From positions 1 to 54,939 of IMG/VR virus record IMGVR_UViG_3300043184_000041: a DNA stretch of 54,939 bases. One strand, 5' to 3'. This document shows positions 1-9,022 of this stretch, piece after piece. The position numbers and the translations under genes were made by a program. Every line of letters starts with the position of its first letter. Position 1 is the first letter of the stretch. The DNA is from a virus. Taxonomy: Duplodnaviria; Caudoviricetes. The notes below the pieces were generated by a model. That model was not told where the DNA came from, did no database searches, and saw only the letters and a list, made by a program, of their open reading frames with translations.

Positions 1-148
1 CCAGCGGCAGATGGCCGTGCTCCCCTGCGCAATGGTCATGTCCTCCCAAGGCGTGCGTCTCAAGCAAGAACAGATCGACTTCAACAGCCCCGATTCCTTA
101 GTGACCCAACTGAGACGTAAGTACCTCTCTGAAAAGAAATCAGCAGAG
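1..148. repeat. Terminal redundancy / circular overlap with 54792-54939
   Basis: Bases 1-148 equal 54792-54939 except C127 vs T54918 (CTC/CTT, Leu). The polymerase ORF reads through the junction in frame. Confidence 0.97.
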
Positions 149-1585
149 ACCTACGCCACCGCCGTCTGCCCCGAAGCAGCAGGCCCCGACTTCAACTGCC
201 AATCCGGCCAACAACTCGCCAAGGTCTACTACAGCGAAGACGGCTTCTGTCTGCCGATCCTCACCAAGACCAAGAAGGGCGCAGGTCTACCCACCGACAA
301 CAAGTCCGCGCAACTTCTGTTGCGCTACGCGATGGCCCGCAACGCCGGCGACGAAGAACTGGCCCTCTCCTACCTCGGTCCCGACGCCCTTGACATCACC
401 CAGCGCAACTACTCCCCCCGTTCCCGCCTGCATCGCCTTTCTTCCAGAAAACTAACGGCGGCCCTCGGTTTCCTGCGCCGTGTCGTCACCTACGAACAGA
501 AGGACGGCTTCCCCGAAGATAACATCGGGTACAAGTCCTATGGCACCGGCGTGACCTACGCCCTCGGCTACCTAGCGTCGGCCATCCCCGCCGGCGAGCG
601 CTACGCCTCACGCTCTTGGCGCACCGCCCCCGAACAACGCTGGCCCGCCGACAAACCCCTCTACCTGTTCCCCAGCTTCAACGCGGTGGGGATCACCCTG
701 ACCCGCTTCTCGTCCCGCGACCCCAACGGGCAGAACGTCAGCAAGAAGCCGGAAATCCCCCTGCGTAAGCTGTTCGGCCCCGCCCCCGGCCGCGTGTGGG
801 CCTGCATCGACTACAGCCAGCTCGAACTACGCTTGTTCGCCGCCGCCTCTCAGGACGCCGCCCTACTCCGCTCGTTCCGCGAAGGGTATGACTTCCACAC
901 CTTTACAGCCTGCGGCATGTATGGCTACAATCTGTCCAACCACCTAGAAATCCCTTCGCACTTACGCCGTGTCGCGAAGAACGTGAACTTCGGCATTGTG
1001 TACGGCGCAGGCCCCAACAAGATCGCCCAGACGAGCGGCGACCCCGAAGCCTACAACAAGTACAGCAAGCAGTTCCCCGGCGCACGGGCCTACATGGACG
1101 GCGTCATTGCCGGCGTGCAACGCACCGGTTCAATCCACACCCTGTTTGGCTACGAACTCCGCGTTCACCCCGAGCCTGCCTACAAAGGCGTCAACTACGT
1201 CGTCCAAGGCACCGCCGGCGAACTCGTCAAGCGGGCCATGACAAGCCTCTACTTCGACGCCGACAGCCCCCTGGATTGGAACGACTGCCGCCTCGTGCTC
1301 AACGTCCACGACGAACTCGTCTTCGACCTGCTGGACAACGCGACCTACCTAGCGCAAGTCCTTCCCGTGCTCCAACAAAAAATGGCCGCCGTGGGTCAAA
1401 CCATCAACACCGACACCCCCGTGGACGCTAAGCTCTGCCGCGTGTCCTGGGCGGAAGGAGAATCGCCATGCCTCACGACCATTCCCGCGACCGACGCCGC
1501 CGCCAGTTCCTCGAACCCCTCAGCACAGCGCTCAAGCCCAAAACGATCAAGACAGAAATCGACCCGGTTCTCCACGTCCGCGTGA
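1..1585 (+). CDS. polA: Family A DNA polymerase, C-terminal polymerase part (continues from 54004 across the junction)
   Basis: Motif A IDYSQLELR, motif B RRVAKNVNFGIVYG (Phe at the 762-equivalent), motif C NVHDELV, plus TRFSSRDPNGQN and NYVVQGTA. Confidence 0.95.
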   Translation, partial: QRQMAVLPCAMVMSSQGVRLKQEQIDFNSPDSLVTQLRRKYLSEKKSAETYATAVCPEAAGPDFNCQSGQQLAKVYYSEDGFCLPILTKTKKGAGLPTDNKSAQLLLRYAMARNAGDEELALSYLGPDALDITQRNYSPRSRLHRLSSRKLTAALGFLRRVVTYEQKDGFPEDNIGYKSYGTGVTYALGYLASAIPAGERYASRSWRTAPEQRWPADKPLYLFPSFNAVGITLTRFSSRDPNGQNVSKKPEIPLRKLFGPAPGRVWACIDYSQLELRLFAAASQDAALLRSFREGYDFHTFTACGMYGYNLSNHLEIPSHLRRVAKNVNFGIVYGAGPNKIAQTSGDPEAYNKYSKQFPGARAYMDGVIAGVQRTGSIHTLFGYELRVHPEPAYKGVNYVVQGTAGELVKRAMTSLYFDADSPLDWNDCRLVLNVHDELVFDLLDNATYLAQVLPVLQQKMAAVGQTINTDTPVDAKLCRVSWAEGESPCLTTIPATDAAASSSNPSAQRSSPKRSRQKSTRFSTSA

Positions 1586-1701
1586 TGCAACTGCTCGACG
1601 ACAAGTCTTGGAACAAGGACCGCATCAGTCTCGCCGCTCTGCTCCGCAAGCTGCTAGAACGCGAAGCCCTCGAATACGAAAAACACAAGGGAATCAAATG
1701 A
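1468..1701 (+). CDS. Small ribbon-helix-helix-like DNA-binding protein
   Basis: Strong SD (GGAAGGAG). Pattern TIKTEID-helix-ISLAALLRKLLERE. ATGA overlap with the primase gene; overlaps the pol 3' end by 118 nt. Confidence 0.6.
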   Translation: MPHDHSRDRRRRQFLEPLSTALKPKTIKTEIDPVLHVRVMQLLDDKSWNKDRISLAALLRKLLEREALEYEKHKGIK

Positions 1702-3860
1702 GCACGACTGCCACCGCCAAGTCCAAGACCAAGACGCCCGAACAAGTCCTGTCGATCTTCGCGTTTCATGGCGTCAACGTAGACCCCAAGAACCCGGTCC
1801 GCTCCAACGGGCACGCGGTGGCCGACTGCCCCTTCTGCGAGAAGCCGGGCCACTTCTACATCCGCGTCGAAGGCGAAAGCGAGAAGGGCAGTCCTGGCTC
1901 TTGGGACTGCAAGCGCTGCGGCAAGAAGGGCAACGTCTACACGTTCCTGCACTCCCTCTACGCGCAGTGCTGCGCCACCACCAAGCCCGACCAGCTCGTC
2001 GCCCTGCGTGACCACCGCAACACACGCACCCACTCCGTCGGCGCAGGCGTCCCCGCGTCTGCCTACGAAGAACTCGCTTGGAACCCCCTGACGGGCCGCT
2101 GGCTTATCCCGATCACCAACACCGAGGGGGCGATCTCCAACCTGCTGAGCTACGACCCGGCAGCCGCCAAGCCCTTTGCTTGCCCCACCCCCAACCTGAA
2201 CCTGCACCCCTGGAACAGCCGGGCGCTCGGCCCCAACCAGCAAGAGCGGTGCGACGAAATCCTCGTCTGCGAAGGCGTGTGGGACGCCCTGTCGCTCCAG
2301 TGGCTGCTGTCCCGCGTCCCCGTGTCCCGCGACGCCAAGGAATACGCCGTGGTCGGCCTGTGCGGGGCCCAGAACACCCCCGACAGCTTCCTGCAAGCCC
2401 TTGCCGGCAAGCCGGTCACGTTCTTCTTCGACCACGACGAAGCGGGCGACACGGGGCTCAGGAAGGCCCTGGACGGCCTACGCAAGCTGAACCAGTCCTA
2501 CCCTGTCCGCGCCGTGACGTGGCCCGAGAGCTACGCCCAAGGCTACGACGTGGCCGACTACGTCTCGCAGACCAACCAGAAGGCGTTCATCGCTTGGCGT
2601 GACCTGTACGACCTGACCGAAGCCACCACCGTCGGCGCAGCCCTGGCGTCCCGCGAATCAACCCCCTTGCCCCGTCTCAACCGCACCAGCTTCAACGCCG
2701 TCCAGGGTGACTTCACCAAGACGGGCGTCGAGATGACGGACAAGATGCGGGAAGGGCTCGCCATCGCCTGCGCCACCGTGCTGTCCAAGGAAATCCCCGG
2801 CGACCCCCTCTGGATGTTCCTGATCGGCCCCAGCGGCAGCGGCAAGTCCCTGGTCCTGGAAACCCTAACCGAATCGGAAGACCACGTCGTCTACGAAACG
2901 TCGATGACATCCCGCTCTTTCCTTTCCGGCTTCGCTTGCGGCGACGACGACCCGTCCATCCTGGCCCGCGTCACCGACCCCCCAAAGTGTCTCGTCCTGA
3001 AGGACTACACCACCGTCATCACCCTACCGGCGCAAGAACTCGAAACGCTCTACGGCCTGATGCGCGACGCCTACGACGGCCGCGTGGAACGCACCTTTGG
3101 CAACAACGTGACCCGCTCCTACCGGGGTTACTTTTCAGTAGTGGCGGGGGTGACGCCCGAAATCCACACGCTAGGCCACAGCCACCTAGGAGAACGCTTC
3201 CTGAAGTACGAACTAGCCGGCAAGACGAACCTAGCGTCCGACAAGGCCATCATGGCCGCCTTGCGTTCCGGCATGGACGCTGCGCAAGACCGTGAGGGCA
3301 AGCGTCACCGCCAAGCCGCAGTCTGCTCGTTCGTGACCCACCTAATCGAAAACTTCGACGCCATCCCCACCATTCCCGAAGCGTCCCTGGCCCGCATCAT
3401 CGCGCTGGCCAAGGTAGTGGCCATGTCCCGTTCCCGCGTGTCCCGCGACGAGCACGGCGTGGCGAAGTACGAAGGGAGCGCCGAAGCCCCGACCCGCGTC
3501 GCCAAGCAACTCGCCAAGCTGGCTCAGTCCCTGACCATCGTGTTCGGGGAAGAGACCGTCGGCAAGCGCGCTCTAGACATCTGCGCCAAGGTGGCTTGGG
3601 ACACCAGCTACGGCATCAAGCGAGACGCCCTACAAGCCCTTGCCGACGCCGAGGGGGGACTGACCATCGAGGGCCTTGGCGAAGCCCTGGACATCCCCAT
3701 GTCCCCCGCCTACCGCACGCTCCGCGACCTACGCGACCTGTCCCTGGCCACCCGCCGCAAAATCCCCCGCGCCAAGAACAAGCGTGGCCAGCCCATGTAC
3801 CAATACAGCCTGTCCCCCGTCGTCGAAGAAATCTTCCGCGTCGCCGAACTCCCCGACTGA
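1698..3860 (+). CDS. Primase-helicase (Zn finger, TOPRIM, P-loop ATPase, C-terminal wHTH)
   Basis: CPFC...CKRC; TOPRIM VCEGVWDA and FDHDEAG; Walker A GPSGSGKS. Start placed at ATG 1698 with SD AAGGGA. Confidence 0.88.
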   Translation: MSTTATAKSKTKTPEQVLSIFAFHGVNVDPKNPVRSNGHAVADCPFCEKPGHFYIRVEGESEKGSPGSWDCKRCGKKGNVYTFLHSLYAQCCATTKPDQLVALRDHRNTRTHSVGAGVPASAYEELAWNPLTGRWLIPITNTEGAISNLLSYDPAAAKPFACPTPNLNLHPWNSRALGPNQQERCDEILVCEGVWDALSLQWLLSRVPVSRDAKEYAVVGLCGAQNTPDSFLQALAGKPVTFFFDHDEAGDTGLRKALDGLRKLNQSYPVRAVTWPESYAQGYDVADYVSQTNQKAFIAWRDLYDLTEATTVGAALASRESTPLPRLNRTSFNAVQGDFTKTGVEMTDKMREGLAIACATVLSKEIPGDPLWMFLIGPSGSGKSLVLETLTESEDHVVYETSMTSRSFLSGFACGDDDPSILARVTDPPKCLVLKDYTTVITLPAQELETLYGLMRDAYDGRVERTFGNNVTRSYRGYFSVVAGVTPEIHTLGHSHLGERFLKYELAGKTNLASDKAIMAALRSGMDAAQDREGKRHRQAAVCSFVTHLIENFDAIPTIPEASLARIIALAKVVAMSRSRVSRDEHGVAKYEGSAEAPTRVAKQLAKLAQSLTIVFGEETVGKRALDICAKVAWDTSYGIKRDALQALADAEGGLTIEGLGEALDIPMSPAYRTLRDLRDLSLATRRKIPRAKNKRGQPMYQYSLSPVVEEIFRVAELPD

Positions 3861-3961
3861 GCGGAGCAAACCATGCGCAAGAACGACTCCCCCCACGTCT
3901 ACGCTATGGCCCTTTTGCGGCTGACCCCCAACCCTTTTCTTTCAGAAAAACCGGAGTGGGC

Positions 3962-3991
3962 TTGCAAAGGTAATACACCCCCGTGTAAAAT
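3962..3991 (+). promoter_or_regulatory. Putative sigma70-type promoter
   Basis: TTGCAA-18 bp-TAAAAT, just downstream of a motif A variant at 3935-3950. Confidence 0.4.
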
Positions 3992-4048
3992 GGTTAGTGT
4001 CGAGACGGTGCTTACTGACGACAACGGCCCCCTTACCCCGAGCCGATC

Positions 4049-4279
4049 ATGGTCCCCGACTTCGAGTTTTTCCTGCCCAGCGACGACGACACCCCTTACC
4101 CGCCGTCCTGCGTCGTCTGCGACGCCACCGAGAACCTGACCGAGCGTATCTGGCCCGGTCCTGTTGTCAGCACCACGAACCCTCGCGGCGACCACGTTGT
4201 CTATCTCTGCCCGCCCTGCCTAGAGGCAGACGACGAAGAGGACAATGCTCAAACCCCCATCCCCCAGGTGTTGGCATGA
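4049..4279 (+). CDS. Small acidic Zn-finger protein (CxxC...CxxC)
   Basis: CVVC and CPPC pairs; phage-like codon usage. Confidence 0.5.
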   Translation: MVPDFEFFLPSDDDTPYPPSCVVCDATENLTERIWPGPVVSTTNPRGDHVVYLCPPCLEADDEEDNAQTPIPQVLA

Positions 4280-4542
4280 AGATTGAAGATGAACTTGAAG
4301 CGTGCGGCGCGAAGTGCTCGGTCCGAAGCCCTCGAAACGCGGTACCCCGGCTACAGCATCGACGCCCTGCTGTGTGACCCGTGGTTGGCGATGCCCTGAC
4401 GACGCGGGGCATCACCGCCCACATACCACGGGCCGACAAGGTGGCAGTCGAGGTGTTGCCGCTGCTTGTGTGACCCCGCAACGACGGACCGCCACCCGGG
4501 CAAGGACGCCCCCCACGAAACAGACCCTAGAAAGGATCTAGC

Positions 4543-4917
4543 ATGAGCAAGCTTGACCAACTCTTACGTCTTCTTGCGATGATCGACGAGACGCCGACCG
4601 CAGCGACGAGCCCTACCGACGCCCGCATCGGAAAGCCGGTGATCGTCCGCAGCCGCGACGCCGGTGTGATCTTCGGCGAGTTCCTCGGCCGCGACGGGGA
4701 TTGCGTCATGCTCCGCGACGCGAGGCAACTGTGGTCGTGGAAGGCCGCACAAGGCGGGACGCTGATCGACGTTGCCCGCTACGGCGCGAGCGACGGGAAG
4801 TTTTCCGGGGCGTCATGCGGCTCGGTCGAGGTGGTCAACGCCTGCACGGTGATCGAGTGCAGCGATGAGGCCGCTGCGAATCTGCGTGGCCGCGACAGCA
4901 AGGGGGCGTGGAAATGA
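4543..4917 (+). CDS. Conserved phage protein, DUF6948-like
   Basis: IGKPVIVRSRDAGVIFG...ARQLWSW pattern; SD AAGGA. Family assignment is from memory. Confidence 0.65.
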   Translation: MSKLDQLLRLLAMIDETPTAATSPTDARIGKPVIVRSRDAGVIFGEFLGRDGDCVMLRDARQLWSWKAAQGGTLIDVARYGASDGKFSGASCGSVEVVNACTVIECSDEAAANLRGRDSKGAWK

Positions 4918-5210
4918 TCGCGACCATTAGCTACGACTCCGGCTACGGCTACGGCAACGGTTCCGGATACGGATACGGATACGGTGACGGCTCCGGTTCC
5001 GGCGACGGCGACGGCGACGGTGACGGCTCCGGTTCCGGCGACGGCGACGGCGACGGCTCCGGTTCCGGCTACGGCAACGGTTCCGGATACGGATACGGAT
5101 ACGGATACGGCTCCGGCTCCGGTTCCGGCTACGGCGACGGTTCCGGATACGGATACGGATACGGATACGACTCCGGCTACGGCTACGGCGACGGTGACGG
5201 TTCCGGCTGA
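4914..5210 (+). CDS. Gly-rich (GY/GD/GS)n repeat protein
   Basis: ATGA-coupled to the upstream gene; about 90 aa of Gly-X dipeptides encoded by 6-bp repeats. Confidence 0.7.
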   Translation: MIATISYDSGYGYGNGSGYGYGYGDGSGSGDGDGDGDGSGSGDGDGDGSGSGYGNGSGYGYGYGYGSGSGSGYGDGSGYGYGYGYDSGYGYGDGDGSG

Positions 5211-5385
5211 CCTAACCCGCACAGCGAACCGCGGGGTCCCAGATTGACCGCGGGGCTGTAACCGGCGGCACAACACGGACGGCAGTCGCACCAGCGCTGT
5301 CATCACCACCGACCACCCCGCCGACATCGGGAAGTTCTAGGGTCCGCTGCCGCCACCACCAACCACCACACGCAAAGGAATCGCT

Positions 5386-5697
5386 ATGTGCCAGAAGATC
5401 ACCAAGTCGGTTGAAACCCTTGTGTCGAAGCGTGAGGAACTAGCCGCCAAGGCGTCGTCCCTCGCCAAGATGATGCAGGGCATCAAGGACGAACAGAAGG
5501 CCATCGACGCGGCCATCATCGACCGCCTCAAGTTCCAAGAGGGCGGCAGGGCCAAGATGACCCACGGCCGTGTCTTGGAAATCAAGCGTGTAGACGTTGC
5601 CGAGCGGACCCAGACGGTCAAGGCGTACAGCTTCTACCGCTTCGCCGTTATCGAGCCCGTGGCCGCCGCCGAGCTGCCCGAAGCCATCGACGTGTAG
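5386..5697 (+). CDS. Hypothetical protein
   Basis: SD AAGGA; typical codon usage. Confidence 0.7.
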   Translation: MCQKITKSVETLVSKREELAAKASSLAKMMQGIKDEQKAIDAAIIDRLKFQEGGRAKMTHGRVLEIKRVDVAERTQTVKAYSFYRFAVIEPVAAAELPEAIDV

Positions 5698-5790
5698 CAG
5701 CCCGACGGCTGAGTCCTGTGACTGAACCCGCGCCGGCCGGGGCTGCGAAGCCGGCTTTCTTCCCTTTCTTCCCCTACCAGGAAACACCCC

Positions 5791-6144
5791 ATGTTTGAAG
5801 TCTTCCGCCGTCGCTACATACGCATCATGGACGCCATTGCTTCGACCAACGCCGCCTGCGCCGGCGTGGCCCGCAGCGTCGAAGAAGGCAACGACCGCGT
5901 TCAGGCGACCGTCAACGAGCTGGACGAGGAGCTGGAGACCAAGGCCGACATGCTGGCCGACGAGCTGATGAAGCTGCGCGAGTCTGTGGATCGACTACGC
6001 GCCGAAGGGGCGGTCATCGAGGCCCAACTGACCGCCTTGACGCAGCACAACCGGCAGTCCGCCGAGAGTCAGACCGACGCCGTCAACAAGACCCTGGCGC
6101 AGCTCGGCGAGTCTGCCGCCCAGGCTTTCCGCAACGCGCAATGA
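5791..6144 (+). CDS. Coiled-coil hypothetical protein
   Basis: SD AGGA; heptad-rich sequence. Confidence 0.7.
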   Translation: MFEVFRRRYIRIMDAIASTNAACAGVARSVEEGNDRVQATVNELDEELETKADMLADELMKLRESVDRLRAEGAVIEAQLTALTQHNRQSAESQTDAVNKTLAQLGESAAQAFRNAQ

Positions 6145-6296
6145 TCCCTTACCCCCAACAGCCGCCACTCGACCCAAAGGACGTACTGGTCGAAGCGCAG
6201 AAGGCAATCGAGGCCGCCCAGCAAGCCATGGACAAGGCTGCGGGCGTAGTGAAGCAGGTCGAGAAGGACATCCCACCACTTCCCCCCAAGAGATAG
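6141..6296 (+). CDS. Small hypothetical protein (51 aa, MIPYPQQPP...)
   Basis: Translated by hand; ATGA overlap upstream; ends 2 nt before the helicase start. Confidence 0.55.
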   Translation: MIPYPQQPPLDPKDVLVEAQKAIEAAQQAMDKAAGVVKQVEKDIPPLPPKR

Positions 6297-6298
6297 CC

Positions 6299-7888
6299 AT
6301 GACCATGGCCACCGCCACAACCAGCCCCGACACCGACGTGCGCATCGCCCGGATGCGGGCCCTCGGCTTCAACGCCAGCCCCTACCAGGAAGCCGTCTTC
6401 CGCTGGGTAGCGGACGGCGACACGCAAGCCGCCTTTGTGGACGCCGTTGCCGGCAGCGGCAAAAGCACCACCATCATGAAGGCCGCCGGCTTCTGCCGCC
6501 CCGTCGCACGTCTCAACAGCGCCGGCAACAAGGCCATCCAGCCGCCGTCGATCCTCTACCTTGTCTTCTCCAAAGACATGCAGACCGAAGTGCTGAACCG
6601 CTCTGACCGCCCGAACAACATGGAGTGCTCGACGACCCACAGCTTCGGCTTCGCTGCGCTGCGTGGCTCGGGCAAGGTGAAGCGGTTCGTCGTCGAACAG
6701 TACAAGACGGGCAACTTGCTCAAGGCCCGCCTCGGCAAGACCGTCCCCTTCGAGGAGTTCCGCAAGGTGAGCGGCATGGCGACCACGATCATCGCGTGGT
6801 GGAAGAACGCCGGGATGCACCCCGACGAAGTGTCGATGGAAGACTGTCTGGAAGCCCTCGAAGACATGGCCTGCGACGAGAACTACCCCGTCTCTTGGGC
6901 GCAGGGCTTTGCCGGGGACATCCTGGCTGTCTTCCGGGACGGCCTGAGCGGTCACGCCATCGACTTCGACGACATGCTCTACCTGCCGACCATCGACGAC
7001 GCCATCCAGCTCCCCGCCTACGACTGGGTGATGGTGGACGAGTCCCAAGACCTGAACCCCTGCCAGATCGACTTGCTCACCAAGTACCACAACCAACACC
7101 CGAACACCCGCTTCCTGTTCGTGGGCGACCCCTACCAGAGCATCTTCGCCTTCCGCGGCGCTGACCCCTCGGCGACGCCCCGCATCATCGAGCGGTTCGG
7201 CTGCGAAAAGTTCCCCCTGTCCGTTACCTACCGCTGCCCCACCAACGTGGTCAAGGCGGCTCAAACCTACGTCCCCCACTTGGCCGCCAAGCCGGAAGCC
7301 GAAGCGGGTGAAGTGACTCAAATCGAGGAAGCCGAGTTCTTCGACGCCGTCCAACCGGGTGACATGGTCCTGTGCCGTTGTGTCGCCCCGCTGATCACTC
7401 ATTGCCTCGCCTTCATCAAGAAGGGCCGCAACGCCCGCGTGCTTGGCCGTGACATCGGTCGCTCCCTCTGCGCCCTCTACAAGAACCACGTCACCCCCAA
7501 GAATGACGGGGACAACTACAAGGCTCTGTTCGAGGCCCGCGCCGCCGCCCTGGCCAAGCTCGGCAACCCCGGCCAAGAGAACCGCCTGCAAGCCATGAAC
7601 GACCGCTTCGACGCACTGGAAATCCTGATCCCTTCCGCCGACGCCGACGAGCCCACGGTCCTGGCCGCCATCAACGCCGTGTTCGACGACGCCAAGCCGA
7701 CCTACACCTTCAGCTCGGTCCACAAGGCCAAGGGGCAGGAGCGTGACAACGTGTTCCTCGTGCGTCCCGAACTGCTCCCCTTCCCCAACGCTACCGACAT
7801 CCAGCAAGAGCGCAATCTCAAGTACGTCGCCCTGACCCGCGCCAAGAAGCGGTTCACCTACGTCATCACCAAACCCCGAGAACGGTAA
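6299..7888 (+). CDS. SF1 UvrD/Rep-like helicase
   Basis: AVAGSGKST, VDESQD, VGDPYQSIFAFRGA, TYRCP, HKAKGQE, YVALTRAK. Confidence 0.93.
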   Translation: MTMATATTSPDTDVRIARMRALGFNASPYQEAVFRWVADGDTQAAFVDAVAGSGKSTTIMKAAGFCRPVARLNSAGNKAIQPPSILYLVFSKDMQTEVLNRSDRPNNMECSTTHSFGFAALRGSGKVKRFVVEQYKTGNLLKARLGKTVPFEEFRKVSGMATTIIAWWKNAGMHPDEVSMEDCLEALEDMACDENYPVSWAQGFAGDILAVFRDGLSGHAIDFDDMLYLPTIDDAIQLPAYDWVMVDESQDLNPCQIDLLTKYHNQHPNTRFLFVGDPYQSIFAFRGADPSATPRIIERFGCEKFPLSVTYRCPTNVVKAAQTYVPHLAAKPEAEAGEVTQIEEAEFFDAVQPGDMVLCRCVAPLITHCLAFIKKGRNARVLGRDIGRSLCALYKNHVTPKNDGDNYKALFEARAAALAKLGNPGQENRLQAMNDRFDALEILIPSADADEPTVLAAINAVFDDAKPTYTFSSVHKAKGQERDNVFLVRPELLPFPNATDIQQERNLKYVALTRAKKRFTYVITKPRER

Positions 7889-8265
7889 TGCCCCGTGGCA
7901 CCAGCCAAGGCGTCTATCGGTTCCCCTACGAGAAGTACGCCGACGGACAAGAGCACTTGATCCGTAGGGGGATCGACTTCCCCGCCACCAGCACCACCAG
8001 GACGTTGCAAATCTGCTTCATCCAGTGGGCGAAGCGTAAAGGCGTCGTGCTCACCTGCAACCGCCTCAACGAAGAAGAAATCCTTGTCCGCATCGCCGAC
8101 GTACCGCAAGCCGGCATCCGTCTACCCGACTTCACCCGCGACCTGAATCGGCTCAAGCAACGCATCCAAGACTTCTGCACCAAACACTTCCCCACTAACC
8201 CCCAAGTCTTGCAGGCGGCTATCGACGGCCTGCACGACGCCATCCACAAGGAAACCGAACAATGA
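7888..8265 (+). CDS. Hypothetical protein
   Basis: TAATG coupling to the helicase; codon usage. Confidence 0.65.
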   Translation: MPRGTSQGVYRFPYEKYADGQEHLIRRGIDFPATSTTRTLQICFIQWAKRKGVVLTCNRLNEEEILVRIADVPQAGIRLPDFTRDLNRLKQRIQDFCTKHFPTNPQVLQAAIDGLHDAIHKETEQ

Positions 8266-8903
8266 CCGCAACAACCGAAAAGCAACTGACCATCGCCGAC
8301 CACGTCCGGGGCTGCGACGACGGGCCCAACCCCTACACCAACGTGTGCCGCGCCGAGTTCAAGCTGCCTCACCCTCTCTTCAAGGAGCCCTTCTACTTCT
8401 TGTGGGGGTCACTTCGCTACGCTGCGTAGAAGTCAGACACCAGCGCCGAGACATCAGACGGCAGTGACGGCATGGGCGTCGTGCTCGTCGCCATCCCCGA
8501 ACCGCTGCACGTCCTCACCGAAGAAGAACTGCTGTCCACCATCCCCAACAACACCATCCTGCACAACAACGGAGTCCTGACGGGCGACTGCATCCTGCCC
8601 CCCGAAGTCGTCAGCGGGTATGACCGCCCCTACGTCGGCTACTGGGACGGGGACGCCTTCCTCTGCTGCCACACGAACGTCTTCGCCTTGAGCACGCTGG
8701 GCCCGACCCTTGCCGGTCACGTCACCATCTCGGCCGAGTTCATCGGCAGGGACGGCCTGCACAACTGGCTCGCCGAAGCCCGTCTGGCGACCATGAACCT
8801 CAACGAGCAAGCAATCAAGGCCAGCAAGGAAGACGCCCAAGAACGTGAAGCAGCGGGCAAGCTGCGTCAGCTAGTCGCCCTGCTCCGTGCATCCCTGCGG
8901 TAG
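8262..8903 (+). CDS. Hypothetical protein interrupted by an in-frame TAG at 8427-8429, or two genes (8262-8429 and 8472-8903)
   Basis: ATG 8262 has SD AAGGA and an ATGA overlap; it is in the same frame as 8472-8903, separated only by one TAG. Confidence 0.55.
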
Positions 8904-8909
8904 CGAAGT

Positions 8910-8981
8910 GGCCCCATAGTTTAATGGTTATGACGGCTGATTTTCAGTCAGCAGATCGGGGTTCGATTCCCCGTGGGGCTA
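8910..8981 (+). tRNA. tRNA-Glu (anticodon TTC), no encoded CCA
   Basis: Acceptor GGCCCCA/TGGGGCT, D-loop AATGG, anticodon arm GCTGA-TTTTCAG-TCAGC, T arm CGGGG-TTCGATT-CCCCG. Confidence 0.88.
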
Positions 8982-9022
8982 ATCTCTCTCTCTCTCTCAG
9001 CACAACCAAGGAAGGAACCACG

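Noticed and set aside
1-148. Biological direct terminal repeat
   Set aside because: It falls in the middle of the polymerase gene, so it is best explained as assembly overlap of a circular or permuted contig.
3873-4541. ORFs 3873-4139 and 4276-4541 as confident genes
   Set aside because: They are overlapping short frames with no recognisable motifs, and I could not decide which, if any, is real.
5211-5760. Ribozyme or riboswitch in the intergenic hairpins around the 5386 gene
   Set aside because: Hairpins are present, but I could not match the conserved core of any known RNA class.
6149-7807. Long antisense ORFs (also 10972-12615, 26085-27185, 43840-44817, 51995-53080)
   Set aside because: They are shadows of real genes in GC-rich DNA, with no motifs or ribosome-binding sites.
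8427-8429. Genome-wide amber recoding
   Set aside because: Many genes end cleanly in TAG, long genes have no internal TAG, and the only tRNA is Glu(TTC), not a suppressor.
8924-9022. N-terminal extension of the CsrA ORF given in the track
   Set aside because: It overlaps the tRNA. The CsrA fold and the SD point to ATG 9023.
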